Shown here in pieces: positions 30,003 through 44,300 of a stretch of 64,000 nucleotides of DNA. The notes beneath the pieces are model-generated. The model was not told the DNA's origin, did no database searches, and saw nothing but the letters and a program-made list of their open reading frames with translations. Within the stretch, counting starts at the first letter, position 1. Each line of letters opens with the position of its first letter. The translations under genes were made by a program, and so were the position numbers. Source of the stretch: Eledone cirrhosa (lineage: Eukaryota); contig OZ024743.1 in NCBI GenBank assembly GCA_964016885.1, forward strand, positions 18,228,001-18,292,000, in the 5' to 3' direction.

Positions 30003-32009
30003 AAACCACTATGAACAACTTTAAGATATTAATATGGAAGGCTATAATATAGTGTCCAAACTAGGACTCCAGAGACATACACAACCGTATACCCCAAACC
30101 CCCTAGATTATCTCTGAAGGACCATAAGGTGGACTTCATTAGCCACCCCTCGATTAGACTTATCTGCCCTTCCAAGTCTGACATTGGCATTATCAGTAAG
30201 AAAATTTTAGATAAAATCATCCCACAGATTAAACACAAGATATACCTTAAACAATGGGGAAATACAGGTGAAGTGATTGAATGGTTCAAAGATATCAAGG
30301 ATAACAAGGATAAAAAATGTATTCAATTTGATATCAATTCATACTACACCTCTATTTCCCGTATCCTATTAAATAAGGCACTTATCATGGCCATGAACAA
30401 TAGTGACCTGACTAGACCCCAGATTGATGTCATACTTGCGGCCCGTAAAACAGTAATTACCTTTGAAGACCAATTATGGACCCGCAAGGATACGCGAAAC
30501 AACTTCGACATAACCATGGGATCTAGTGACTCTGCGCATTTCACTGATTTAGTCGGCCTATATTTACTTAACGAAATCCATGAGGACCTTCCATACCTCA
30601 ACGGTGGTTTGTACCGCGATGATGCACTTCTACTTATATATTATAAAAAATTAATATAGGAAGAACTAGAAAACTATTGCACAAGACATTCAAAAACTAT
30701 AACCTTAGTATTACCATGGACAAAAACACTAAAAACGTTAACTTCCTGGGCGCCACCTTCTACCTAGACTCAAAGATATATGCACCTTTCCACAAACCTA
30801 ATGAAAAACTCATTTACGTATATACCAAGTCTAACCACCCTAGATCTATATTAAACTCTATCTTTAAGGGAGTATCTAATAGAATCTCTAATCTATCCTA
30901 TGACGTAAACATATTTAGCAAAAACTCGCAATATTATAATCAGGCATTAGCTAGATCAGGCCATAATATAGAGATCGAGTTCCTAACTACAAAAACACAT
31001 ACCTACAACAGTATTTCGCACAACATGTCCATGAGGAAATTTAGTAATAGGAATAGCAACCATACACACACTAATACGGAGGATGCCAACAAAAGTAACC
31101 CACACCACAGAAATTACCAAAGTACCATAAAAGGAAACAACTCACCAGACATAAAAAACAAAAATAGAAGAAGAAATAATACATTTCTGAACCCTCCTTT
31201 CAATCTAAACGTATCTACCAATCTACCAGGGCTTTCTTCTCACTACTAGATAAAAACTTCCCATCTGGCCACAAGAACCATAGCCTTTTAATGAAAACAC
31301 TATTAAAATCTCCTATTCTACTACGCCTAACATAGCATACCACATAGCTAGTAGCAATAAAAGAAAAAATTAATTCTTACTTCCAGCAAACTAAATCACA
31401 ACAGACGATAAACCTTCAAAATAACATTATAGCAACTAACCCTAATATCAATAGAAATAATAGTAATAACACTAGTGTAAACAATAACGCTGGGAACGTC
31501 AACCCACATAACCGTAACCCTATAGCTACCATCCAGACTTCTACACAACATAATAACCGGCAGACTAACTCCCAGAATAATTGTAACTGTAGATCAAATA
31601 GAACCTGCCCTTTAGATAAAAAATGCTTAACCAAGGATATCATATACTCATGCACAGTCACAACTAGCAACTCTTCTGAAACGTATATAGGCTCTACTTA
31701 AACTGCTTCAAAACCAGATACAATTCGCACCTCCACTCTTTCAAAAAACACAGTCTAGCCAACTCCACTTCACTATCTAGCTACATACACTATCTAAAAA
31801 CTAAAAATAAACCATATACACTTAAATGGGAAGTGATAGGTAACGCGACATCGTACAAACCACCTAATAAATGTTGTAACCTCTGTCTACTAGAGACCCA
31901 TACTATCATCTTCTCAAACCATAACCTCCTTAATAAAAAATCAGAAGTGTTCGCGTCTTTCCATCACCGCTTCCGACACTCCTTCCAAAACTTTAAACGC
32001 AATATATAA
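30003..32009 (+). pseudogene. Frameshifted PLE RT plus GIY-YIG
   Basis: LKDHK.DF..HPSIRLICP, IQFDINSYYTSI, MGSSDSA, YRDD, CNC..CPL..CL, IIYSC...TYIG, CNLC..E. Confidence 0.9.
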
Positions 32010-33564
32010 CAATGTCAGACTTGAATCCGTCACCACCTCGAGCAGCAATCATCAGGGGCACACCTTACACCTCATCTACACACCCATTAATCCACTTTAA
32101 CGCAAATAGTGACATCCTCCTAGTACCTTTTACCCTAGAGATATCCCCATGTACTTCTACTTTTGGTATATTGGCTTTCAATTACTTAGACTACATTACA
32201 CCAATGTAAACTTTAAGCACGGAATTGGTTGTGTTAACATTGTCCTGTGTATGTAGTGCCATCATTGGATGAATGGAAGATTAAGTGATTAATTTATTAA
32301 CATAAAAGAGCTATATAATCTATATGCTGAGTACAATGAATTATGTACAGGTGATGTATGAGTTATAAATACATGTATGACTTGATGGTCAGATTGGTGT
32401 CTTTGTAAGTGAGAATTGATCTCTGGACTACCCCAGTGATATTTAACTTTGCCATGCAATCAGACATGCAATGACCCAGAGCTTACCGGGAGTCATATAT
32501 AGAAGTGATTCTAATAAGACCCTGCCAGGTTCTGCGGGTGGACTACACTTACAAAGATCATTGATTTGGAGATCTGATTCTTCATGTGGAATATTCGATG
32601 GGGGCACTCTATGATAGAAGGTAATCCTCCTAATATGAACACTTAGCACTTCTTGATAGACTACACTGCAATTTATAGATAAGATAATTACATTTAGAAA
32701 TTGTTTATAACCTTATATGATAGGAACTCATTTGAGACACCTTTAATGTACTTTAGGATAATAAATTTAGCTATAGAAATCAGCTAGTTACCTCCTCTTA
32801 CGCATTAACTCCCCTTAATCACACACACACTTCTGGAATATAATACGATGTCATCTCTCACAACAAAATCAATCTGCTCTATAGAATCGAATTAAAGAAC
32901 GACAATCTGTGATGTTCTAGCATGGTTCACCAGGCACCCAATGTTGAATCATCGTGGATTGTTAGATGGACATGTAGTCTATAAATTGCGTTTCCTGGAC
33001 TGTGAGAGTGGTGGTGTGTACGAGGACAGTGGTGCTGTTTTGCTTCTCATTTGTAATATTTTTGATATTTTTGGTGTTTCTCCACACACGGGCTTCTATA
33101 TCGTACAGGTGTGTGTGAATAATGCTTTACCAGTACAGCCCCCATGATGCTCTTGATTGCCTGCTTTGACTGAATGTTTTACATGTAACAATCTGCCCCA
33201 CTATAATCTTGTATAAATAGGACACGCGTGCATGCCACACGTTTGACTGCTGCATACACTGGCTACTCCAAACTTTCCTCTTGCTTTATCTTAGTAAACT
33301 GCCACAGTTTTATTTTAATTTTTAATTTTAATTTTAATTTTAATTTTAATTTTAATTTTAATTTTAATTTTAATTTTAATTTTAATTTTAATTTTAATTT
33401 TAACTTTAATTTTGTCCTTTAATATGACTGTAATCTTTGTATGTAAATTACCATGCTATATTATTATAATGGATGTCAACCCACTGTGGGTCAATATATA
33501 CATATGTTTATATATGTCTCTTGTGTTGAAAAGGAGGTCAAGTATGTTAAAAATCACTGAATAA

Positions 33565-33613
33565 TTGCTCCGAAGACTCCAAACCTCTGTTTGGAAGAAA
33601 CAATTGTAAGCAA
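33565..33613 (+). ncRNA. Hammerhead-fold motif with CCGAAGA core (family G), 3' end of the PLE
   Basis: ttgct-CCGAAGA-c-tccaaac-ctct-gtttgga-a-GAAA-caattg-TA-agcaa; all three stems form, GUA triplet. Confidence 0.7.
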
Positions 33614-33807
33614 ATAAATTATTTAAACAGAACTTTGATTCATGTAATCTCTCTCTCTCTCTATATATATATATGGGGGGCCGGGTATTATGCATTTGTG
33701 CATGTATGTATGTGGAAATACGTGCTCGTAATCTATTCTATGTGGATGAATGCAAAAGTTGATAAAGCAGAATGTTAAAAAGATGATTGCCGGGATTGTC
33801 GTTGAGA

Positions 33808-34932
33808 AAATATGTCCTGTATTACAATAGAAGATATGTCCTGTATTACAATAGAAAATATGTCCCGTATTACAATAGAAACTAAGTCCTGTATTACAAT
33901 AGAAGATATGTCCTGTATTACAATAGAAAATATTCCTGTATTACAATAGAAGATATGTACTGCATTACAATAGAAAATATGTCATGTATTACAATAGAAA
34001 ATATGTCCTGTATTACAATAGAAAATATATCCGGTATTACAATAGGAGATATGTCCTGTATTACAATAGAAAATATGTCCTGTATTACAATAGAAAATAT
34101 GTCCTATATTACAATAGAAGATATGTCCTGTATTACAATAGAAACTATGTTCTGTATTACAATAGAAGATATGTCCTGCATTACAATAGAAGATATGTCA
34201 TGTATTACAATAAAAGATATGCCCTGTATTACAATAGTAAATATGTCCTGTATTACAATAGTAAATATGTCCTGTATTACAATAAAGATATGTCCTGTAT
34301 TACAATAGAAGATATGTCCTGTATTAATATAGAAGATATGTCCTGTATTACAATAGAAAATATATCCGGTATTACAATAGGAGATATGTCCTGTATTACA
34401 ATATAATATATGTCCTGTATTACAATAGAAAATATGTCATGTATTACAATAGAAGATATATCCTGTTTTACAATAGAAGATCTGTCCTGTATTACAATAT
34501 AAAATATGTCCTGTATTACAATAGAAGATATGTCCTGTATTACAATAGAAGATATGTCTTGTATTACAATAGAAGATATGTCCTGTATTACAATATAAAA
34601 TATGTCCTGTATTACAATAAAGATATGTCTTGTATTACAATAGAAGATATGTCTTGTATTACAATAGAAGATATGTCCTGTATTACAATATAAAATATGT
34701 CCTGTATTACAATAAAGATATGTCCTGTATTACAATAGAAGATATGTCTTGTATTACAATAGAAAATATGTCCTGTATTACAATAGAAGATATGTCCTGT
34801 ATTACAATAGAACATATGTCCTGTATTACAATAGAAGATATGTCCTGTATTACAATAAAGATATGTCCTGTATTAAAATAGAAAATATGTCCTGTATTAC
34901 AATAGAAGATATGTCCTGTATTACAATTGAAC
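33808..34932. repeat. 24-bp minisatellite, about 46 copies
   Basis: Unit atgtcctgtattacaatagaagat with point variants and occasional 23-bp units. Confidence 0.97.
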
Positions 34933-34994
34933 ATCATCTGCAAAGTCATTGCCTCCATCATCTATATTTTCTTTAATATCCTCTTCATATTCAT

Positions 34995-35178
34995 ATTGGC
35001 AGTATCGGTAGAGGGTCAGACGCCATGCTTTCTAGCATAGTTATGTCCCTTTATGATCTGAGTTCAAATCCCGCCGAGGTTAACTTTGCCTTTCATCCTT
35101 TCGGGGTCGATAAAATAAAGTACCAGTAATGTACTGGTTAATTGCTGGCCTTGTGCCAAAAAGTAGAAACAATTATTA
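34995..35178 (+). mobile_element. tRNA-derived SINE (Nin-domain type)
   Basis: A and B boxes plus core, as in 28998-29180. Confidence 0.9.
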
Positions 35179-35904
35179 GCATGATTGCCATCATCATCAT
35201 GACCAACATCACCATGCCCAACATCATCATCACCAACAAGATCATCTTCATCATAATGATATTAATCATCATGCGCATGTTCATATTTGCTATTATACTA
35301 ACAGTAATACTTTTCTCTCGTTTAGACAGTCTACCAGCAATTAAGCTGGAAGGAATTGTGAATTGAATTGAACCCACAGTATTGTCTAATACTTAATTAT
35401 CTAACTGCTCAACATACTACCAACATACACTTTTCTGACCCTTTAACTATTATGCCAAACATGTAAAGGCTCTTTTATCTACAATGATGAGAAAGCAGAA
35501 AATATATTCTGCAAAATGAATGCATATAGTGGACGATGAACTATTAAAATGCTACCTGAATAGTAGTACTTCTTTCCTAGCTATCAGCTCACCTGTTATC
35601 ACGATTTTTCAGGTATCGATCTATGGAAAAACCTAGAAGTACAGAATAATAATAAAATTAGTAATTCATTGATAATAAATAACATACTTATAGACATTAT
35701 TTATATGAAACACTATGGCGATGGGAAATGAATGTTCAGCATTGCATATTGTGTTACGAAGTAAGATATGTCAGTGAATGAAGAACATTTGCAGATAGCC
35801 GCAAGACAAGAGTTGTAAACACAGGGAGACGATGAATTTATCAGTGAATAGAAGTACAATATTGTTATAGAAAAAATGCATATAATTATCGTCAAAGGAG
35901 TCAG

Positions 35905-35905
<1 letters not shown>

Positions 35906-35935
<30 letters not shown>

Positions 35936-36139
35936 CTTCTTCTTCTTCTTCTTCTTCTTCTTCTTCTTCTTCTTCTTCTTCTTCTTCTTCTTCTTCTTCT
36001 TCTTCTTCTTCTTCTTCTTCTTCTTCTTCTTCTTCTTCTTCTTCTTCTTCTTCTTCTTCTTCTTCTTCTTCTTCTTCTTCTTCTTCTTCTTCTTCTTCTT
36101 CTTCTTCTTCTTCTTCTTCTTCTTCTTCTTCTTCTTCTT
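35906..36139. repeat. Pure (CTT)n tract, about 78 units
   Basis: Directly visible. Confidence 0.98.
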
Positions 36140-36156
36140 TTTATTATTATTATTAT

Positions 36157-39100
36157 TGGCGACCTACGTAGTAAATCGTATCATCGTGAGCTCCGCAAAG
36201 GTTTGTTGTTTTCGTTTGTTAAAAATTGCCAATTATGGACATTTTTTATTGTTAACTGTATATAAGCGCACATACATTGTTTTCCGAAAAGAACACCCAA
36301 AAGGATTGGGGCCTTGTGCCCAAAATTTAAACTTTTATGATTATCAAAAAATTTCTTTGAAAAAATCATGGTAGAATCACCTCTGCACCAAGCAGCTGAG
36401 AGCCTTCCTCACAAACTAACACCTCACACCGACACCACCATTGTAAATATTGCTACGTTTGCCAACACTGGAAATGTAAGCAGTAGCAATATATTAAATT
36501 TGTCTCAGGCAGACGTTTATTTCCCGCCATTAACAATGACTGCAGGTGTTAAAGCCGCCACCACCACCACTACCGCGACAACCACCACCCCTACCACCAC
36601 CACCACAGCGACAATAGAAATAAAAGAAAAAAATAAATTAACTCGTGATATCGAAATGAATTCAACCAAAATGAACTCTTCCACACCGAACACCATTGAC
36701 GCCACCACCACCACCACAACTGAAACTAAAATTAACAATGCCAAAAATAACGATAACAACAACAGCAACAATGAAATTAAGAAAACTACCTTGAGTTTTT
36801 CCAGAGTAGCAAAAACGTGCGAAGCGATCCAGGTAACACAGGAGGAATTAGAAGAAGCCAAAGGAATGGTAAAGAAAGATGGGTACAGGGTCAGCCCCCC
36901 CCCCCCCCCCCCCACACACACCTAATAAAATGGAGCAACGTAGCCTATGCACCCTGTCTTATCGGACAATTAACATAAAATCGCACCGAGTGGAACGGCC
37001 ATCCGAGTCCCAAATCCAATAAACTTTCGGATGTGTGTCGGCAAAAAAACGCTACATCAGACGTGGGCAGAAGTATGGAACCGTGGGCAGAAGTATGGAA
37101 CAGTTCTTTGAAACACCACAGGAGGCCAGAGAATACTACATGGCTCCATTGAGAAGTGACGACTTCACACTCGTCCCAAGCTATTGTGGCCAGAGACTTG
37201 TGAAGATCAAGGTGACCCACGTTCCACCGGCAATCGAAATTCCTTGGCTAATGGCTGCCGTCCTCGCCGGCATCGAGGCCAACACAAAAATATTAGAAAT
37301 AGCAAAAGAAAAGCAGGAGTACTGGTCCGGATCTGGGATGGAGCTCCTGATGCAAGCGGACCATAAAAGCATTGAGGAGATCCCAGGGGTAATAGACCTC
37401 ACAGACGGCAGCCACCTCACCGTAATCGTCGAGGGCAGAAGACCTAGGTGTGTCGTTTGTGGTGAAGCAACCCACCTAAGCGCTTTCTGCCCTCATGCTA
37501 AAAGGTTGAGGCCACCTCTTTACACACCCCAGTGACTCAACTTTCAACACCACCACCAGCAGAAATGGCAGCAACAACTGTAGTAGCAACAACAGAAGCA
37601 ACTGTAACAGCAACAACCACATCAACAGTAGCAAAACCAAACAACGTGCCAGATCTAGCACCAGCACCTACACCATCCTCCACGCCACAACCAAAACCAA
37701 CGCCTGTGGAGCATTTTCCACTCCCTGGCTTATCGCAACTGGAGACAGATTGTGACGACGAGGAGTGGCAAACGGTATCAGGAAAAACGAAAAAAAGAAA
37801 CCAAAAAAGAAAATAATTCTCTTCCTTCCCCCTCCAAAAACAAAATACAGAGGGAAACGAATAAATTAACAAACAAAAAGGTTAGTACAGATATGCAACC
37901 ATCCACATCAGCATCACCAACTCCATCACCACAAACACCAACACCATCACCATCATTAACCTCAACACCACAAAAGTTACCAAAAAGCGTAACAGAAACA
38001 AACTCACAACAAACGCAAACAAAACAAAACAACCAAAACAATACACACTACACAGCATTAAATTTGAACAACAACCAAGTATTACACTACATGCAACACA
38101 GCACCAGCGATCACAGAAGAAGACTACAAAACAATCCAAAAGTTCACACCATCTCCACACATACAAATCATTCGCATCACACTGAATACATACACGACAC
38201 TAAAACACTGTGTACTTCATTTAGATAGGCTTCATAGACGAGGCCCCGGCTACTGGAAGCTAAACGCGTCCTTACCAGCGCGCACGGCCTACAGAGACCG
38301 GATTAGCGAACTAGTTAAGCGGGCGTTGACGGGTCCATCGTCAACAACAAGTGGTGGTTTGCTCTGAAAAGAGCAATTAGAATAGAGTCCATTAGGTTTA
38401 GTAAGGCTTTAGAAATAGAGAAAAATAGAGCAGAAGTAAAATTAGTTAGAAAATTAGACGAGGCGCTTACCAAAGGCATCGCGACCGACGTACTTGCGGC
38501 GAAATTGGCCCTTGACCAATTCTTCAATGCAAAGCACGAAGGCTGCGTTGTCAGAGCTAGGGTGCGTGCCCTCAGACACGAGGGGACGAAAGCCGTTCAA
38601 TGGGCCCTAGTGGCGGGGCGCATCGTGGCAACAAAGCCACGATCCGGTCTTTGGTGGACCACGACGGGCGCATGCTAATTGATCACGGGAAAATGTGTGA
38701 AGCTTTTCAGCGACACTTCGGTTAGTTGTTCGGAGGCAGCGGCGGGACGGATCGACGGATGGAATTTAGTGTCTACTTCGACGGACTGCCGCGGCTCTCG
38801 GCCACTGAGGTGGAGTGTTGCGAAAAGCCGATAACAGCCGCTGAAGTACGGGAGGCAATGACTAGCTGCACAAGGGGTAAATCGCCTGGTTTGGATGGTC
38901 TGCTCTATGAACTTAACGTACAGATGCCAGACTTGTTCGGAGCCTTCTTGGCGTACGTCTACTGCAACTGGCAACAGAACGGGAGATTTCCCAGCTCTGT
39001 GAGTCGAGTACCTGTGGCGCTGCTGAGAAAGGATCCGAAAAAGAGGGATAACATAGATAATTTTAGGCCCATAACACTGCTAAACACAGAGATCAAGATT

Positions 39101-41141
39101 TTGGCCAAGGTGCTAGCAAAGAGGCTTGCGCTTGTCGTTGGTCGTTTGGGGGGAGAGGCGCAGACATGCGCCATTCCCAACATATCCATCCACAACAACC
39201 TCCACTTCATGCGATACATCGTAGAGAGGGTAGCTAGGGAACCTGGCATGGGTGGATCCTTGATCAATTTAGATCAGTCGAAAGCTTTCGATAGGTTCGA
39301 CAATCGTTACCTAGCGGCAGTACTGAGGGCGGCTGTCTTTGGGCCCGTCTTCAGAGGCTGGATCGCTGCCATGAACAGCGACATCTGCTCTGTGGTGAGG
39401 GTGAACGGTCACCTTACGGAACCGTTCAACATCATGTGCTCGGTCCACCAAGGATTTCCCCTGGCGTCGCTCTCGTACGTATTGACTCTCGAGCCATTAC
39501 TGCACAAACTGGAGACGTTGAGGGGGGTCCCGCCCGAACTAGGATGCGGACGATACGTGTCAGCATATGCGGACGATGTCACCGTAGTCGTGTCGAACGC
39601 CAAACACATCGAGGCGATTGGCACTACAGAAAGAGAATACGAAGCGGTGACAGGAGCAATGATCAACCAGCAAAAGTCAGTGAGCCTGCAGCTCGGCACC
39701 TGGAGAGGCAGGTCCATGCCGTCCAACAGCGTCGTTGGGCGCTGGACGGACGGACCAGTTAAATTGCTCGGGGTCTGGTTCCGTCCGGATTTCCAGACGG
39801 ACAAAAACTGGGACGAGTGGAAGCTATCCCAGAAAGGTCGAGCGGAGGTGGCTACCGCGTTTATCGCGTCCGTCATATACTACCGCCTGACCGTCGTACC
39901 TTGTCCTAAGCCCCGCCTGACTGCGCTGGAGCGTTTGCTCTTTCGCTATTTGTGGAAGGGACGCGCTCCGATGATCAGGCTGTCCATCTTCTGTCAACAC
40001 CCGCTACGTGAATGGCTGGGAATGTCGTGGCTGATGATGCGCGGACATGCGCTCAGGCTACGTCATCTCCACCTCTTCCTCGACGGTGATCAGGTGTTGT
40101 CGCCGTTTGCTAGACGCGCCTTTCCCCAGCTCGTTTCCTTGACGGAGCTGCAGTCCTGGGTCAAGCGAAAACCGAGAGGGAGCGCTTGGAGATTGGAATG
40201 TCTTCAGGCGCTCACAGCCCTCGACCAATCGGGCAATGTGATCGGTGGAAACTCCACCTTGGCGTTCTATAGAGGATTAGTGTAGGGGAAGAGCGACGAC
40301 GTATTTAGGGAATCTCTAGGCGTCGACGAAAATCAACTAGCCAATCTCTTCGGAAGAACTTTCGGGCCGGGGCCTATGGACAACTTCCAGAAATCCCTGG
40401 CCTGGCAGTGCTACCGAGGAGCTTTGCCAGTTCGGGATAAACTGTAAAGGCATGGAGGAGCCGTCAGCCGGGCATGTCCGAGATGCGCGCAGGGCGACGA
40501 AACCGTCCTGCACGCACACGTCCAGTGTCCCAGAATTGCTGACTTGTGGGTTTATGTCGAACACCCGCTGTCGCGTGTAGGACGGATCCAGCTATCAGCT
40601 GAGTTCATCGTGAGGATTGCCCCGCCCTCTTTCTTTAGCCGGGAAGGGCAGGCAGTTTTTATCTGTCTGGTGGCCATGGCAAAAGAGATAGTATGGTGGA
40701 CACGTTTGAAAGGGCAGAAGACGAGCACTTACCTCTTCGGTGATGCCCTGATTAACTTTTTCAAATTTCATTTAAAAAAGGAAAATCAGGGTAGAATGGG
40801 AAGTGCTCTCTTCCCAGCATTTTGTTGAAAAAAGGGTGAGAGAGGCAAGTATGGCCCGAGTGAATGGGCCTACTCTGAGTATGTGTCTGTAAATTAAGGT
40901 GGAAAACTGGGAGAGGGCTCTTGCCCTGGTGGTCAGGGTCACTCTGGCTTTTTAATGGGCTTTCTCCACGAATGTCCCTCGGAAATCTCCCCCCTATTGG
41001 GGAATGTTTTCATTGTTCTATTATTACCTCCTCTGTTTCTTGTTATTTAGACGCAGAAATGCCGATTTGTACCGCCCTGTATTCTCCTGTACTGTCCTTA
41101 ATGTCTACGTTATGTAAACCCTTGTTGTTAATAAAGAAAGC
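36157..41141 (+). mobile_element. Tx1/L1-clade LINE: ORF1 remnant with CCHC knuckle and ORF2 remnant lacking the APE endonuclease
   Basis: CVVCGEATHLSAFC in 37035-37535; RGPGYWKLNASL at ~38238; KSPGLDG, NFRPITLLNTE.KILAK, LDQSKAFD, YADD; C-terminal CPRC..ETVLH...C; aataaa then (ATT)n. Confidence 0.88.
38726..40285 (+). pseudogene. Tx1/L1-type reverse transcriptase domain (519-aa open stretch)
   Basis: Full RT motif set; flanked by frameshifts and stops. Confidence 0.9.
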
Positions 41142-41161
41142 ATTATTATTATTATTATTAC

Positions 41162-41345
41162 TGGATTGGCAGTATCAGTAGAGGGTCGGACGCCATGCTT
41201 TCCAGCATAGTTACCTTCCTTTACGATCTAAGTTCAAATCCCGCCGAGGTTGACTTTGCCTTTCATCCTTACGGGGTCGATAAAATAAAATACCAGTAAT
41301 GCACTGGGTAATTGCTGGCCTTGTGCCTAAAGTAGAAACACTTAT
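41162..41345 (+). mobile_element. tRNA-derived SINE
   Basis: Same family as 28998-29180. Confidence 0.9.
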
Positions 41346-41361
41346 CATTATTATTATTTTT

Positions 41362-44300
41362 TCTGAGATATATGGCGAGTGTCTTCCTGAGATCTAGGGC
41401 AAATAAATTCACAATGGGCATTGGTAATACAGCACATTGATTATAATTAAAAAAACAAAACATTATACATATATATACATGTGCATATGCATCTGTAAAT
41501 ACAAAGAGAGATATCAATCTTAAAGAGATAGCGGCTCTTCTCAATACGTGTGTAGTACCAGTCAAAACAATGTTTTGAAACTCGTGCAGACAGGCTAAAC
41601 CAGGAATCATTCGCAAATATTGTTCTGTTCCTTTCTTGATCATTGCCAGTCCTGCCACAGTCACTAGTATTGTACCGGCTTTGCGGTGCCACATCTTCTC
41701 AATTTCAATAAGCAGATCATTATATTTTCGTAGCTTGTCAAATTCTTTTGACGCAATATTGTCATCACATGGAATGCTCATTTCTATCAATAAACAGACC
41801 TTGTTATGTTGATCTTATACAATGATGTCAGGTCTATTTGCTTTTATGGTCCTGTCAGTATGTATAGGAGAGTCCCAGAGAATTGTTACTTTTTCTCCTT
41901 CAGTTACAGACTCAGGGTGATGATTGCACCACCTGTCTTCAGCTTTGATTTTGTAATGCCGACATATTACCCAGTATTGATATTGACCAACTCTGTCATG
42001 TCTATATTTGTATTCTACTAGTGTTAAAACTTTACATCCACAGACTAAGTAATCCACTGCTTCAACCTCAGCTTTGCAGAATCGGCACTTTGGGTTTATT
42101 CCGATTCTCATCACATTTGTCTCTTAATTACCATTCAATAAGTTTTGATCTTGGGCAGCTAAGATGAAGCCTTCACTCTCCGCCTTTAGCTCTGATCTAT
42201 GTAGCCACTGATGGGTGTGCTTTTGATCAACATCAACTTGTTTGCTACGGGCCACATATTTGGCATTCAGAGGTTTCTGCTCCCAATTCGATGCTAATTA
42301 TCCTTGCCTTTTTGCTTTTGCCAGTGATTTTATGTGCCTAGCAGCATCAGTTGCAACAGTTTCTTTAGTCTGTCCAGCCTGGGTATCAAGCATGAGATCA
42401 GTAGCATATTTTTGCGCTCCTTCAAGATGGAATGAAGCTTCTTACTTCTCTCATGCTTTTCAACAAGTTTCCGCATACATTCGTTAGTTGTTTCAAGGTA
42501 TTTGGCCAGTCCAATGATGGGGGTCTTGTAAGCAAGTTCAAATTGGATCAGGCCACGGCCTCCCTCAATTCTAGGGAGGTACAGATGTTCCACTTCTGCT
42601 TTTGGCTGGTGCATCCTATTACAGGTCAGTAGCTTACGGAGTTTGGTGTCGATTCTTTTGATTTCACTCATATTCCAGTTTAACACACCGAAGCTACAAG
42701 TGACAACTGGGACTGCCAAGGAATGTTAGGCTAGCACCTTGTTACGAGCCTTTAGTTCTGATCTCAGAACTGTACATACTCTCCTGTAACATTATTTCCT
42801 TATCTTCTATTTCATACTTGCATTCTGTATGCCAGAGCCCTCATTAATCCCTGAGTATCTATAGGTTTGTTTCTGCTCAAGTTCCTTTATGATTGTTTCA
42901 TCATCAAATTCAACTGAGTCTGAGTTGACAAGCTTCCCGTTCTTGAAAGTGGCTTTTGCACACTTGTCAAGTCCAAATTCCATCCTTATGTCATCGCTAA
43001 ACGTTTTTACTGTCCGCAAAAGGCCTTCCAGTTCGTCATTATTTTTGCAATATAGCTTAAAATCATCCGTTTAAAATAGGTTGCTTATATTTTTGTTGTC
43101 AATTCTATAACCGTACCCTCTTCTATTAAGTTCGGATGTAAGGGGTATTAAAGCTATGCAGAAAAGCAAGGGTGAAAGTGAGTCACCCTGGAATATACCA
43201 AAGTTGATATTTATATTCCTAGAGCACAGTACCCAAGTGGAATGAAACCATTGGAGATTTGTGTTCCTTAATGACATATTGTGTTTCAGGAAGTTTGAGA
43301 TCACAGGTGAGATTTTGAAGATATCCAGTGATTTCAGAATCCATGAGTGTGGTATGCTGTCAAAGGCATTGTCATAGTCGATCCATGCAGAACTGAGATT
43401 TCTGTGTTTATTATGATAGTTCTCAAGGATCATATGATTAATCAAAAGTTGATCTTTGCAACCATATGAACCTCGTCGGCACCCTTTTTCTTCAATGGGG
43501 AAAATATTGTTCTCCTCCAAAAACACGTATGCTTTTTCCGTGAGAATAGAGGTTAATAGTTTATAAGCAGGTTATGGACCGATAGTGTTTTTGTATCTTT
43601 GGTTTCGTTGTTCTTTGGTAGGAGGTAGGTAATGCCGCTTGCTATCCAATCAGGTTTTTTTTTGTATCTTTCATAATTCCATTAAACAGCTTGTCGAATA
43701 TATTGTGAGGGCACCAGGAGATTTCCATTTATGAGATTTATTGAGTGCTGTCCTAAAGTCCGCTATAGAGATATCTTCCCACACCTGTTCTTTTAAATTC
43801 GTGTAGTATTATTCTAGGCGACTAATCCAATCTACATTAGCATTATATGTCTTCTCATCATTCAAATCTTACTCCAGAACGTCTTCTAATTATTCCCAAC
43901 TTCTCTATAAAATTACTTGGTATTGGATGAAAGCAACTTATTTTGCCTGTAGAAGTTGTTTCGCTTCTCGAATCTACGAATTTGTTGGGCTTTTCCTTGG
44001 ACTTTTTGCTTCAGAGATTCTTTGTTGAAACTATTGCTTCTCTAGAAGACAGTTCATATTTTCTCTTTAGCTTTCTTCCCTTCTTCGATCTTATATTATT
44101 TCCAGCGGTTAACTCACTCAATAAAGATATTTCCCCTCTCAATACGTCAACCTCCTTTTCGATTCTACTCCTCCAAACTGGTTTACCTCGAAGGTTCGAC
44201 TGTTTTTTTTTTTTGTTTTTTTTTGGCGTGGTAAACAACTTGTTTCAATTACTCTAGCAGATGCATAAATGATTTCATTTAACTTAGTAAGATCAGGTTC

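Larger units (their letters stand above)
29400..33650 (+). mobile_element. PLE with ~470-bp inverted terminal arms containing (TTAAAA)n and hammerheads (family G)
   Basis: 29529-30002 is the reverse complement of 33192-33648; RT/GIY-YIG remnant lies between. The left boundary is approximate. Confidence 0.88.

Noticed and set aside
35876-36265. Poly-Leu ORF, and the poly-Leu/Phe ORFs at 54743-55062
   Set aside because: Translations of (CTT)n/(GAA)n tracts.
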